Shown here one piece after another: positions 31,150-42,100 of a stretch of 64,000 nucleotides of DNA. Source of the DNA: a bacterium (GTDB taxonomy: Bacteria > Hinthialibacterota > Hinthialibacteria > Hinthialibacterales > Hinthialibacteraceae); assembly GCA_963662285.2 (NCBI GenBank), contig CAXXMV010000008.1:1-64000 (forward strand). The letters run 5' to 3'. The translations under genes and the position numbers were made by a program. The notes under the pieces are model-generated. The model was not told the DNA's origin. It ran no database searches and worked only from the letters and a program-made list of their open reading frames with translations. Numbering within the stretch: the stretch's first letter is position 1; the number at the start of each line of letters is the position of its first letter.

Positions 31150-31506
31150 ATGATTATTCATGCCAAGATTGTTGGCGTTAAAGTCGCCAATCCCGATCAT
31201 ATTAAACGCAAAGAAATCCTCAACGATTGTAAAAAGGGCGAGCTGCTAATGCTCGAACGGGAGCGTGACAATCCGCATGATAACAATGCGGTTGCCGTCC
31301 TACGCCTGTCACGGGAGAAACTGGGTTACCTGTCTCATGATGCAGCCGTTAAAATTGCTAAACAGATTGATGAGGATAGCAAGGAATTTGAAGCTGTAAT
31401 AGAAAAGGTCAATGGAGGCAAAAAAAGCCTGCTCGGTTCGATTCTTGGTGGAGAAGAAAAACCTTACGAGGTGGATATTGTGATCACCAAGAAATATACA
31501 TCCTGA
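31150..31506 (+). CDS. Stand-alone HIRAN domain protein
   Basis: GGGGAGG RBS before ATG 31150; AKIVGV, LERERDNPHDNNAVAV, KLGYLS. Confidence 0.85.
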   Translation: MIIHAKIVGVKVANPDHIKRKEILNDCKKGELLMLERERDNPHDNNAVAVLRLSREKLGYLSHDAAVKIAKQIDEDSKEFEAVIEKVNGGKKSLLGSILGGEEKPYEVDIVITKKYTS

Positions 31507-31526
31507 TATTTACTTTAAAAATTAAT

Positions 31527-31567
31527 ACTACAAGAAACCCTCTCCGTCTGAGAGGGTTTCTTGTAGT
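31527..31567. terminator. Bidirectional terminator
   Basis: 17-bp perfect inverted repeat ACTACAAGAAACCCTCT/AGAGGGTTTCTTGTAGT between convergent genes. Confidence 0.8.
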
Positions 31568-31597
31568 GTAACTATGTATAGTGACGAAAATTTATCA

Positions 31598-32350
31598 TCA
31601 AGGAGTTCCAAACAAGCCTTTGATTCTGTAATAGGTGTTTTTCAGAAATTCGTTCTCCACCATTATCAAGCCTTCCTCATGCTTCCACCAATCCGTTGCG
31701 CTATACATATTATTTGAGGCTGGAGCGATAAGGACTTTGATCCAACGCTCTGGAATGGCGCGTTTCATAGACCATCGGGCGCGACCGGATTGGAAATATC
31801 CTGAAACCGCAATAGCAGATTTCAGGTTGTTCTCTTTCAACCATTGAGATAAAAACACCGCTTCGCTGTATGTGCTGTAATGCGCTTGATCCGACCAGAA
31901 AACGCTTTCCTGAGGTATTTCATATAAATCCAGCACCGCCTGACACATCATTTTTTCGCGCATCAACAGGTCATGATACACCGCATCTTCAGCAATAACC
32001 TCCGGCAAAGTCAGCAAGATTCTCGGCGCTAAACCTTCTTTATATAGCGCAACGGCTTTTTCGAGGCGTAAAGTTCCGCCGCCAGATAGTACGACCAGCG
32101 CATCGCATGGCGCCAGTTCGGATTCATAAACCAGCATTGATCCCATTTCGACCAGGATAGATTTCCGAAACGGTCCAGCCGCCAATACCACGCAAACCGC
32201 GAAAAACAAAAACGCTCCAATTATAAGCCGCTTGATAATCCTTCTTCTTTTTGAAGCGGCGGCTCTGGACATAAGGGTGAATGCTCCACCATTTTGTGGT
32301 GCAGACAATATTACATTTTTAATTGCGCTGCTCAATTCAGGTAGTTTCAT
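31598..32350 (-). CDS. YdcF/DUF218 (ElyC/SanA-like) envelope protein; start may be 32272
   Basis: N-terminal TM segment, DALVVLSGG..RLEKAVALY, STYSEA, ENEFLK. Confidence 0.8.
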   Translation of the reverse strand: MKLPELSSAIKNVILSAPQNGGAFTLMSRAAASKRRRIIKRLIIGAFLFFAVCVVLAAGPFRKSILVEMGSMLVYESELAPCDALVVLSGGGTLRLEKAVALYKEGLAPRILLTLPEVIAEDAVYHDLLMREKMMCQAVLDLYEIPQESVFWSDQAHYSTYSEAVFLSQWLKENNLKSAIAVSGYFQSGRARWSMKRAIPERWIKVLIAPASNNMYSATDWWKHEEGLIMVENEFLKNTYYRIKGLFGTP

Positions 32351-32353
32351 AGA

Positions 32354-33253
32354 TTATGCATTTATATGCGCTTCGATTCGCGCAATGGATTCATCAATTT
32401 CTGCGGGAGATTTATGACCGATAGTAACAGCATCGACGCAATTTAAATTCATTACGCACTTGATAGATGCGTCCCTGCGTTGCGGATCTGTAAAATCGCC
32501 ATTGCCGATCAGTTTCATACCGATGACGCCGGTTTTTTGAGCATGTATTTTCTTTATTGTATTGATCGCTTCATCACGGTTCGACTGTTCACCCCATTTG
32601 CCTTCCAGGCCATCCATGTGAGTGCCATCATGGTTAATCCGAACCAGCGCTACATCGAGCCAGTCGTTGCCCGGCATGGCTTTGAGAGGTTTGAGTCCAT
32701 GGCATGATGCGCCATGAGCCAGGATTATCTTCTTCTGCTTGGCCTCTTCTAAAGCATCCGTAAAATGCTTCAGTTTTTCCGGCCAATCATCAGTACTGAG
32801 ACAATGCAGCAGCAGGATATCAAAATAGTCCGTTTTCAGTTCCTGACGGAAACGGTCAATATCCGCCTTGGCGTCCTTACTGGCGTACCAACGCAGTTTG
32901 GTCATCAGTTTATATGAATCGCGGGGGATGCCTTTAAGCGCTTCGGCCAGCATCTCGTGCATGCCATCGTAACTATCAGCTGACTCGAAAAAGCGGATGC
33001 CTCTATCATAGGCGTGACGTACAAGTTTGGTGAATTTTTCCTGCCCTAATCCGCGCTGTACGCTGCCGCCCTCGCTGCCTGTTCCGAAGGCCAAGCGGGT
33101 TACTTTAATTCCAGATCTTCCCAAAGTCACCCAATCGGTGGCCAGGTGTTTGGCTGATAAAGATTCAGAAGCAGGCGCCAGCTGAGCTGTGGTTAAAACG
33201 CCTGCCGCCGCTGCTCCACTTCTTAAAAAATTACGTCTAGTGAGTTGAGACAT
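32354..33253 (-). CDS. Tat-exported aldo/keto reductase
   Basis: TRRNFL twin-arginine signal; LGRSGIKVTRLAFGT, FESADSY, LMTK, ELKTDYFDILLLH, GVIGMK. Confidence 0.88.
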   Translation of the reverse strand: MSQLTRRNFLRSGAAAAGVLTTAQLAPASESLSAKHLATDWVTLGRSGIKVTRLAFGTGSEGGSVQRGLGQEKFTKLVRHAYDRGIRFFESADSYDGMHEMLAEALKGIPRDSYKLMTKLRWYASKDAKADIDRFRQELKTDYFDILLLHCLSTDDWPEKLKHFTDALEEAKQKKIILAHGASCHGLKPLKAMPGNDWLDVALVRINHDGTHMDGLEGKWGEQSNRDEAINTIKKIHAQKTGVIGMKLIGNGDFTDPQRRDASIKCVMNLNCVDAVTIGHKSPAEIDESIARIEAHINA

Positions 33254-33370
33254 ATTCCACCTCTTAACTAGTTATTTTGTCATTACTTTATCATGGATGG
33301 AAAGATAGAGCAAAGGTTAGTTAAGACATGGGTACGTTGGTTTATCATGGATGATGAGTTGGCCTAAGAT

Positions 33371-34576
33371 TTACCACCGTATCCTGGCCAACAGCGTATC
33401 GCCTTTCCAGCCGTCATCGGGAAGGGTTTCACCGACTGTCACCCATGATTCATCCGGGGTTATTTCAGTAGTATGGAAGTTCCCCATTCTTGCGACATGC
33501 TTGCCGTTATTTACTCCATCGCCGATCAGGGGAAACACGGTTTGTTCCGATTCACGGATCAAGCATAATGATTGAGGATCAACCTGCGCGATGTATATTG
33601 GCGCTCTCCAGCGGAAAACATCAATGTTATGCTCCGCTTTACGGGTATATACCAGAAATAAACCATTGCGGTTTTCTATCCAATGCTGTTGAGTGGTAGA
33701 CATGGTTAATGGATCGCCATTCATCCAACTCCAGGGACGTTGCGGCTGCCAATGAATGCCATCATTGGATGCGCTGACATATCCATGCCCGTCTTCAGCG
33801 CGAATAGTCATCAGATAACGCCCATCGAATTGAGTGATAGATGGTTCCAGCAATCCCCGTTTGACGGGCAGAATAAGTTCCGGGCCGCTCTTTTTGATCT
33901 TGACCGTCTCGCCATCAAACGAACAGAGCACGGTTCCAACCATGCGGTCAGTGCGTCCCATGGGGGCGTAAGAGAATGGAATCAACAGGTCGCCGTTATC
34001 CAGATGCAGCCGTTGTCCGCATCCACAGGTATACATGGCAGTAGCGCGGGGATCATTCCATTCAATCTTTTTCCGCTCAGTCCAGGTTTGTTTTTGGGGA
34101 TCATAAATCGAATATGCGGGAAACCTTTGAGTACTGGGTTGCGTCAGTTTTCCATCTTTATAATAAACATTATGCCCAATAGCCAGCACTACGCCTGATT
34201 GAGAATGATAGAGAGGAACCACGTCGCAGACGCCTTCCTGCAAACCGCCTTCTATATCGCGCCTTGCGAAAGAGGAAATTGGTTTTGGTTCAGACCAGGT
34301 TTCACCCAGGTCATTGGTTATGGAGACATGAACCTGTCCGAAAACATCCGATCCGGTTATAGACTGGCAGTTCATAAGCACAATTGGATCAGGCTTTTGG
34401 GGAATTACGCATGCTCTGGGATGAAACCAGGTAATTTCTTCTTTGCGCCCGTTCCAGATGATTTCTCTCTTGATTGAGCGAATGGAATGGTTTGATTCTC
34501 CTAATGCGCTATGCATACCCAACACCGGCATGCAACCAGCCATAAGGAACAATCTTCGATTGATATTATTAACCAT
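33371..34576 (-). CDS. Tat-exported sialidase/BNR-repeat beta-propeller protein
   Basis: NRRLFL signal; Asp-box motifs TNDLGETWS and ASNDGIHW; GLLEPS, RWRAP. Confidence 0.8.
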   Translation of the reverse strand: MVNNINRRLFLMAGCMPVLGMHSALGESNHSIRSIKREIIWNGRKEEITWFHPRACVIPQKPDPIVLMNCQSITGSDVFGQVHVSITNDLGETWSEPKPISSFARRDIEGGLQEGVCDVVPLYHSQSGVVLAIGHNVYYKDGKLTQPSTQRFPAYSIYDPQKQTWTERKKIEWNDPRATAMYTCGCGQRLHLDNGDLLIPFSYAPMGRTDRMVGTVLCSFDGETVKIKKSGPELILPVKRGLLEPSITQFDGRYLMTIRAEDGHGYVSASNDGIHWQPQRPWSWMNGDPLTMSTTQQHWIENRNGLFLVYTRKAEHNIDVFRWRAPIYIAQVDPQSLCLIRESEQTVFPLIGDGVNNGKHVARMGNFHTTEITPDESWVTVGETLPDDGWKGDTLLARIRW

Positions 34577-34747
34577 TTTTTCATCCCCGGTATATTTCCA
34601 TTTAGAATTGTTAAAAATCCCAATTACGGAATCTAGTACTTAACCATAACATATTCAGCCCATAATAAAAATGGATGTTGATTGAATGATAGTACTATTC
34701 CCATATAAATACCTGGGATCATTTTTGGTAACGTTTATCAAATAACT

Positions 34748-34925
34748 GTAGAAGTAACTCTTGTGGTTACCCGATTATGAATCCTATTTGGTTTTTCCAA
34801 TTTCCCGTGACAACGGGCTAACCGGGCGCCCATAAAGGGCAATGTCATTAAGTTAAAGAATTTCACCCTATCGTTAGTGGCTTGATCAAGGGCTGACCGC
34901 AATGCGGTCTTGCCCTTGGCACCCA
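34748..34925. repeat. Intergenic cluster of degenerate GTAG-type REPs (34748-34773, 34821-34840) and family A copy (34877-34925, inverted)
   Basis: The reverse complement of 34877-34925 (TGGGTGCCAAGGGCAAGACCGCATTGCGGTCAGCCCTTGATCAAGCCAC) closely matches 23993-24041. Confidence 0.75.
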
Positions 34926-34989
34926 GCGATTGTGTCTGACTAAAATCGGCTGTTTTAGTGAGTTCTGAAATTAATTATTGATATAGACG

Positions 34990-35018
34990 AAAAAAGGGGT
35001 CCAACGACCCCTTTTTTT
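34990..35018 (-). terminator. Intrinsic terminator of mltG
   Basis: AAAAAAGGGGTC-CAAC-GACCCCTTTTTT just downstream of the mltG stop. Confidence 0.8.
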
Positions 35019-35047
35019 ATTATCAATTGATACGAGAATTAATAATA

Positions 35048-36118
35048 CTAACGCTTCAATTGCTTTTTCAATTCAAGAAACTCATCATAAGATGCAGTGA
35101 ATTTGGTTTCGCCGTTCAGAGCTATAAAGTAGAGATAATCAGTCTGGGCAGGGTCCACTGCGGCCAGGATCGATTCTTTACCGGGATTACAGATAGCGGC
35201 GGCAGGTAGTCCTTTGTTTTTGTAGGTGTTATAAGGAGAATCTATTTGCAGATCATCTTTGGTTAATGGACGACTCCAGTCGTTGATTGCATAATGGATC
35301 GTACTATCAGCCTGCAAGGGCATATTCTTTTTAAGTCTATTTACGAAGACCGATGCAATAAGCGCACGATCTTCAGATTTTTTGGCTTCTTTCTCTATGA
35401 TTGAAGCCAAAATTACAATTTTGAAGATGCGCTGAAGGTATTCAGGAGTATCGGCTTTCCACCAATAAGTCTCTTTGCCGCCTTCTTTTTCTTCCTTTTC
35501 TTCAGCCGCATCAACAATTTCCTGCATAACAGATTCAAACTTTTTAGTCATGCGATCAACCACTTTAACCGGAGGAGTATTCTTGAATAAATAATAAGTA
35601 TCAGGGAAAAGAATACCTTCAATAGCAGAATTAGCGCCACCAGGGGCTTGAGCAATTGCGAAAGTGAAAATGCTGTTAAAGCGGCATCGTTCCAGGAAAC
35701 CTTCAGCCGTACAGATATCCATCTCTTCGCAGCGTTTGGCGATATCCAATTGGGTGAAACCTTCGGGAATCACTAAAGAACGGTAATATTGCGATCCAGT
35801 GGCGAGCATATCCAGGATTTGAGATGGACTTTGATCCCCCCGGATTTCATATTCACCAGCTTTAAGTTTTTCGCCCAATCCCCGGAAATCAGCAAAAATC
35901 AAGAAAACAGTTGTATTATCAATTACTTCTTTTTCTTTGAGCAAATCAGCAATTTGACGGGCGGTTTTACCTTCAGTAATCTCAATAGTGAAACTTTGAT
36001 CTTCTTCGCCCCAAGCATTGGTCCATATTTTATACTCGGTAAATGCGAACCAGCCTAAAATTAAAACTGCCGCTAAAATAAGAAAAGCAATAACGCCCCA
36101 CACCTTTTTTCTATTCAT
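35048..36118 (-). CDS. mltG: Endolytic transglycosylase MltG
   Basis: N-terminal TM segment; LKAGEY, IPEGFT, EGILFPDTY, LASIIEKE, LQADST, DSPYNTY..GLP..ICNPG, YLYF. Confidence 0.95.
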   Translation of the reverse strand: MNRKKVWGVIAFLILAAVLILGWFAFTEYKIWTNAWGEEDQSFTIEITEGKTARQIADLLKEKEVIDNTTVFLIFADFRGLGEKLKAGEYEIRGDQSPSQILDMLATGSQYYRSLVIPEGFTQLDIAKRCEEMDICTAEGFLERCRFNSIFTFAIAQAPGGANSAIEGILFPDTYYLFKNTPPVKVVDRMTKKFESVMQEIVDAAEEKEEKEGGKETYWWKADTPEYLQRIFKIVILASIIEKEAKKSEDRALIASVFVNRLKKNMPLQADSTIHYAINDWSRPLTKDDLQIDSPYNTYKNKGLPAAAICNPGKESILAAVDPAQTDYLYFIALNGETKFTASYDEFLELKKQLKR

Positions 36119-36431
36119 TGCTATATAATCTCCTGTAAATTATTGGAGTTAAGATTATTCTATACTAAATCTATTGCAAGGATTACTTGATGTTTTAATG
36201 CCTATTAATAAATAATATCGAGATTTAAACTCTATAAAAAGGCCGAAATGTCAATTATTGTCTTATTAAAGTGGTTTTCATAATAACATTCTGTTTGGCG
36301 ATTAGAAAAAGCCAGAAAAGATTGGCTTTTTCTAAGACCATATGTGATATTAAACAAAATATCTTAGTAATCGCTCTAAAACAAATACATAAAACCATAA
36401 TTTCATGCATTATTTTAAGGAGAATAATTAG

Positions 36432-37805
36432 ATGACCGATTTATCTACATTTATTAAGAATAATCAATCTCGTTTTGTCGATGAGTTAATCGATTTTCTA
36501 CGCATCCCCAGCGTTAGCGCCAAGAGCGATTATAAGGAACATTGCATCAGAGCCGCAAAGTTTCTGATCAATGAGTTTAACCGGCTTGGCCTGGAAACTA
36601 CACTGGTGGAAACGCCAGGCAATCCACTTGTATTAGCAAACTACAGAGCCAGTGACGATGCGCCAACTATACTTATCTATGGTCATTACGATGTGCAGCC
36701 CGAAGAACCTCTCAATCTGTGGGATACGCCTCCATTCGAACCTACAATACGCGATAACAATATCTATGGACGTGGATCGACTGACGACAAAGGCCAAATC
36801 TACGCCCATATTAAAGCTGTTGAATCACTTTTGCAAACCGATGGCGCCATCTCCTGCAATATAAAATTTCTTATCGAAGGAGAAGAAGAAGTCGCTGGTG
36901 AAAATTTAGATAATTTCATAAAAACCAACCAGGAACTTCTAAAAGCTGATGTCGCCATTATTAGTGATTCAAGTCAGTTCGCTGCTGATATGCCTGCGAT
37001 ATGTTATGGTTTACGGGGAATATGCGCAGTTGAAATACGGGTTGATGCGGCAAAGAGCGACCTGCATTCCGGCTCATTCGGCGGCGCCGTCCCCAATCCC
37101 TGTAATACCTTGTGCGATATTGTCTCTCAATTAAAAGACGTCGATGGTCGCATACTTATTCCCGGTTTTTATGATAATGTTTTAGAACTTGAAGAATGGG
37201 AGCGTGAAGAGTTCGCCTCTCTTCCCTGGAATGAAGAACAATTTATCGACCATCTAGGAGTTCCTGGTCTTCATGGAGAAAAAGGCTATAGCGCATTAGA
37301 AAGAAAATGGGCGCGGCCCACCCTGGATGTGAATGGCATATTCGGAGGATACTCCGGCGAGGGAGACAAAACCATCATCCCGGCCTGGGCGGGAGCGAAA
37401 ATCACTATGCGACTGGTTTCCAATCAGAAACCCGCCGAAATTATTGCACTTTTCCGGAAATATGTTGAGAAAATCGCCCCTGACTATATTAAATTAACCA
37501 TAAACGCGCATGGCGGAGGCAGACCGGTGTTGGTTCCACGAGACGCGCTGTTTATGAATGAGGCGGTTGAAGCGTTAAAATTCGGTTTCGGATGCGAGCC
37601 GTTCTTTATCCGTGAAGGAGGATCAATTCCCATAGTTTCCACTATAAATAAAGAATTAGGGCTGAATACGTTACTGCTGGGATTTGGACTGCCGGATGAT
37701 AATGCTCACGCTCCCAATGAAAAATTCAGTTTGCGGGATTATCAACGCGGAATCATCACTTCCGCCCGATTTCTTCAACTGATTGGGCAAAAAAATATAA
37801 CATAA
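36432..37805 (+). CDS. M20 family dipeptidase (ArgE/DapE-like)
   Basis: YGHYDVQP, GRGSTDDKGQ, EGEEE, DLHSG, EGGSIP, HAPNE. Confidence 0.93.
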   Translation: MTDLSTFIKNNQSRFVDELIDFLRIPSVSAKSDYKEHCIRAAKFLINEFNRLGLETTLVETPGNPLVLANYRASDDAPTILIYGHYDVQPEEPLNLWDTPPFEPTIRDNNIYGRGSTDDKGQIYAHIKAVESLLQTDGAISCNIKFLIEGEEEVAGENLDNFIKTNQELLKADVAIISDSSQFAADMPAICYGLRGICAVEIRVDAAKSDLHSGSFGGAVPNPCNTLCDIVSQLKDVDGRILIPGFYDNVLELEEWEREEFASLPWNEEQFIDHLGVPGLHGEKGYSALERKWARPTLDVNGIFGGYSGEGDKTIIPAWAGAKITMRLVSNQKPAEIIALFRKYVEKIAPDYIKLTINAHGGGRPVLVPRDALFMNEAVEALKFGFGCEPFFIREGGSIPIVSTINKELGLNTLLLGFGLPDDNAHAPNEKFSLRDYQRGIITSARFLQLIGQKNIT

Positions 37806-38145
37806 CCATTATCTATGTATGTTGTTACGATTTTTTTTATACAAAATACAGTTTGTGATTAAAAAGAATTACATTTTAATCTTGATCAGTTATGATTTAT
37901 ATAATAGGAGAAGAGTAGTTGTCATAATATTTTTCTGGTTTGCTACAAGAAAAAGTCAGAAAAAAAAAAATTACTTTTCCGAAAACCATACGTAGTAAAG
38001 ATGAACCGGCGAAAATTGGTTGAAATAGTGTAAAACCGAGATATTTGCAGTACAAATTGTTCTCTGCATTCCTTATCTGATGGCGGTAGTATTGTATAAG
38101 AAAAATTAGAGAATGAGTTTAAGACATAGGAAATAGTTCACCAAA

Positions 38146-38979
38146 ATGAGAAATAATCACATTACAATGCCAAGAAACCAGCAATTATTCTCTACTAAAC
38201 AATCCGCAAGCATCCCTACAGATCATCCCCGGCAACGTTCAGTACGTGGAGAAGGTTCCATGGTCGAAGCGATCAATTCAAGACTCTGTGATATCGAAGA
38301 ACTTATAAAAGACCTGGAAATAAAAAAACATCTCATTGGAATAGATTTGCCTGATTTATTCGATCAGTTGGTAACAATCGCTGATAAATCAGATTCGATA
38401 ATTCAGCCGCTTGTTGCATTAGAAAAGGATATAGAGAAACAAAAGCGAATTTCTCCCAATTATCAGAAATATCATCGAGTTTTCATCGATATACAACAGT
38501 TAAGAGATTTAGGCGATAATAAAGCGGCGGATGAATTAGAAGCCAGCCAGGATTCTAATTTCCATAAGTTTCAGCAGGAATATAGCGCTTTAATCCCTCT
38601 TATTGATAAGGCGAGAGAGTTGCGGTTTGATCTTCTTACAGAGAAAAGAAAACTTTTACGCATTCACTACAACCTCATGAGAGCATCCCTTAACTGGCAG
38701 ACCAATGAAGTTTTGGGTATGATAGAAAATCACTTTGGTGAAGAAAGCCAATATAAAGAATATCGTAAATTGCTTAAACCATGGGAAAATATCGCTGAAT
38801 TTAATTTTACTACCTGGAAAGAAGATACTTCCATCACCCGTCAGATCACTATGCTGGAAGATGATATCAATACGCTATACGAAGAAGTTGATTACTCCCT
38901 ACCTACTGCCAGCGAGTTTATCAATAAAATTGCGCACTTAATTCAAAAAGAGATCGTACACTTGACTGCAGCTGTCTAG
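38146..38979 (+). CDS. Hypothetical alpha-helical/coiled-coil protein
   Basis: Long ORF rich in E/K/L/Q followed by a terminator; start uncertain (alternative ATG 38260). Confidence 0.7.
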   Translation: MRNNHITMPRNQQLFSTKQSASIPTDHPRQRSVRGEGSMVEAINSRLCDIEELIKDLEIKKHLIGIDLPDLFDQLVTIADKSDSIIQPLVALEKDIEKQKRISPNYQKYHRVFIDIQQLRDLGDNKAADELEASQDSNFHKFQQEYSALIPLIDKARELRFDLLTEKRKLLRIHYNLMRASLNWQTNEVLGMIENHFGEESQYKEYRKLLKPWENIAEFNFTTWKEDTSITRQITMLEDDINTLYEEVDYSLPTASEFINKIAHLIQKEIVHLTAAV

Positions 38980-39009
38980 CATTAACCAACCACCAATACA
39001 GTTTATCAA

Positions 39010-39044
39010 AAGGAGCGCCTTAATAAGCGCTCCTTCGTTCTTTT
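39010..39044 (+). terminator. Intrinsic terminator
   Basis: AAGGAGCGC...GCGCTCCTT followed by a T-rich tail. Confidence 0.7.
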
Positions 39045-39113
39045 AATTTGTTTCTATAAGCGTTATTGTATAATTCATAGGTTGAACAATATGATATTTT
39101 TTGAGGTCTAATA

Positions 39114-42100
39114 ATGACTAACTTAAATTCTCTATTTATTGGTAGATTTTTATTGATTCTTGCAATTTTATTGGTTTCATTGGTTCAGTTGCAGGGATTT
39201 TGTGAATCAAACAACCAGATAAGATTCGACTTTGAAACTGGCGACCTGCAAGGATGGAGTGTTGTTGAAGGCGCCTTTGACCGGACTATATGCGACCAGG
39301 CGGTTTTCCATAACCATCCGGATCGAGCCTATAATAAACAGGGGAAGTATTATCTAAACACCCTCGAAAAATCTGACGGCAATCGCACCGATTCTTTTAC
39401 GGGCATCATTGAATCCCCGGTTTTCAGCCTTGATGGCGCTGAAATATCTTTTCTGGTTGGCGGCGGAAATAATGCGTCAATTTACGTCGCGCTCTGCGAC
39501 CTGGATGGGAAAGAGATTCTCAAAGCCAGAGGCAATAACACCGAAATAATGCAACGCGTTTTTTGGGATGCCAAGGAACTTACCGGCCAAAAATGCTTTC
39601 TCCGGATAGTTGATAATTACCAAGGCGGCTGGGGACATATCACATTTGATGATTTTCTCGCTCAAGGCGCCATTGATCCAATACTCACGAAACAACGCCT
39701 GGCTGAACGGGAACAGATTATTCAAAACGAACGCTTAACAAAAACTAAAAGCGAATGCCAGAAAATACTAACCTCATTGGAACTGGCAATTATTGATTTA
39801 AATGACTCCTTTGCATCGCAATACTCCAATGGCCACAAGTATTTATCTGCTCTAAACGCTCTAAAAATAAAAATTGATGATCTCAATTTTTCTGATATTA
39901 ACAAACTTAATGATGAAATTGCTTCTCTCCAACGCCAGGCTCTGCTGGATAATCCACTGGTAATGGATCACCCTATTTTATTCGTCAGTAGGCCGCAATA
40001 CCTTCCCGATCACCATAGCACGGCGACCATATTCCAGAATGGAGAAATCAACACCGCCAGTTTCCGGGGCAAAAGCGCGTTGAAGGTTTTAGATATTAAG
40101 CATAATACAACAACCACATTAATTGATTGCCCCGATGGCGTCATCCGCGATCCTGAAGTCAATTATGACGGCGACCGCATCGTTCTTTCTATCCGAAACA
40201 ATAAAGCAGACGATTATCACCTATATGAAATTGATGTAGAAACCATGCATTCCCGTCAATTGACCTTTGGTTCTGAACTGTCTGACATCGATCCGGTCTA
40301 TCTGCCTACTGGAGAGATTGTGTTTGTCTCAACCCGCGAGCCGAAGTACTGCCAATGCAACCGACATATCATGGGCAACCTGTTCAAGATGGAAGCCGAC
40401 GGTCAGAACATTCAGCAAATCGGCAGGAATACTCTGTTTGAAGGACACCCGGTCATCATGCCGGATGGCAGGATTCTTTATGACCGCTGGGAATATGTTG
40501 ATAAGCATTTCGGCCCGGCCTTCGGTCTATGGACTGCTAATCCGGATGGAACCAATCATGCTATCTATTATGGCAACAACGCCTGGTCTCCCGGCGCTAT
40601 TCTGGATGCCAGAATTATTCCAGATACCCAAAAGGTCGTCGCGACTCTCGGCTCGTGTCACGACCGCCCCTGGGGCGCTATCGCCATTATTGACCGCCAA
40701 ATTGGTTTGGACGGTATTGAACCGATAATCCACAGTTGGCCTTCGGATATCAATTCTCTTATCACAGATAGTAAAAATTATGGTAAAGGCGTATCACGCG
40801 GTCATCCAGCTGGCGGCCAAATTGATAATTTCACACGGCTGAATCCTAAATACGAAGATCCATTTCCTCTTTCCGATAAATATTTTCTCTGCTCCCGTAC
40901 AATCGAGGGAGAAAGAACCGGGCTTTTCCTGCTGGATGTTTTCGGCAACGAAATTTGCATCTATCAGGAAGATCAATCGGGATGCTATGATCCCATGATC
41001 ATAAAAACCTATCCGACGCCTAAAACCATACCCTCCAGAGTTGATTACTCCAGAAATGATGGCTTGTTTTATGTTGCTGACGTTTACATGGGCGATGGCA
41101 TGAAAAAGGTTAAACGGGGAACCATTAGAACCCTGCGTATTGTGGAAGCGCCTCTTAAACTGTTCTGGACTCAAACCAACTGGAACCTTGACGCCACTCA
41201 GGCGCCAGCTATGAATTTTAATTGCACTAACAATAAGCGAATCCTGGGTGATGTTCCGGTCGAGAAGGATGGTTCAGTTTATTTCTCGGTTCCAGCAGAT
41301 AAATTCCTCTTCTTCCAACTACTGGATGACAAAGGCATGATGGTCAATAGTATGCGCAGCGGAACCACCGTCCGTCCCGGAGAGTTGCTGAGTTGCATCG
41401 GCTGCCATGAGCAACGCCTGACTTCTGCGCAGAACAATATGCAGTCTCTGGCATTACGAAAACCACCCGCTGCTTACAAAACCTGGTATGGAGCGCCGCG
41501 GGAGTTCAACTATCTTACCGAAGTGCAACCCGTTTTTGATAAGCATTGCGTATCGTGTCATGACTATGGCAAAAAAGCTGGTAAAGCATTGAACCTGTCG
41601 GGCGACTTGGGATTAGTTTTTAACACCTCGTACCTTGAGTTGCGCCGCAAATCGTCTTTGCGCTGGTTTAAGCAAGATGCAAACGAGAAAAAATTATTGG
41701 TCAAATCGGTTGATGATGGCCCGCCGGAAGCGCTGCCCGCTTTCGCATGGGGTTCGCACCGCAGCCGTTTGGTAGATGTAATCCTCAGCGGACACGGTAA
41801 AATCAACCAGGATCAGGAAAGTTTGGACCGCATTATCACCTGGATTGATATGAATGCGCCCTACTATGGTTCATACGCCAGCGTTTATCCTGATAACGTT
41901 TTTGGCCGTTCTCCTTTGAATGATGAGGATATAAAGAAACTGCGCGAATTAACGGGCGTTAATGTAGGTGATATCAGCACGGAACTGCAAGGCTCGCAGT
42001 GCAACTTCACCCGTCCTGAATTCAGCCCGTGTTTGCAGGGACTCAAAGAAAAGAATCCGAGCAATTACGCCACAGCATTGCAGATCATCCAAAAGGGCAA

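Noticed and set aside
37806-38145. Riboswitch or ncRNA in the 340-bp gap
   Set aside because: No recognisable aptamer consensus; only AT-rich sequence and an A-run.
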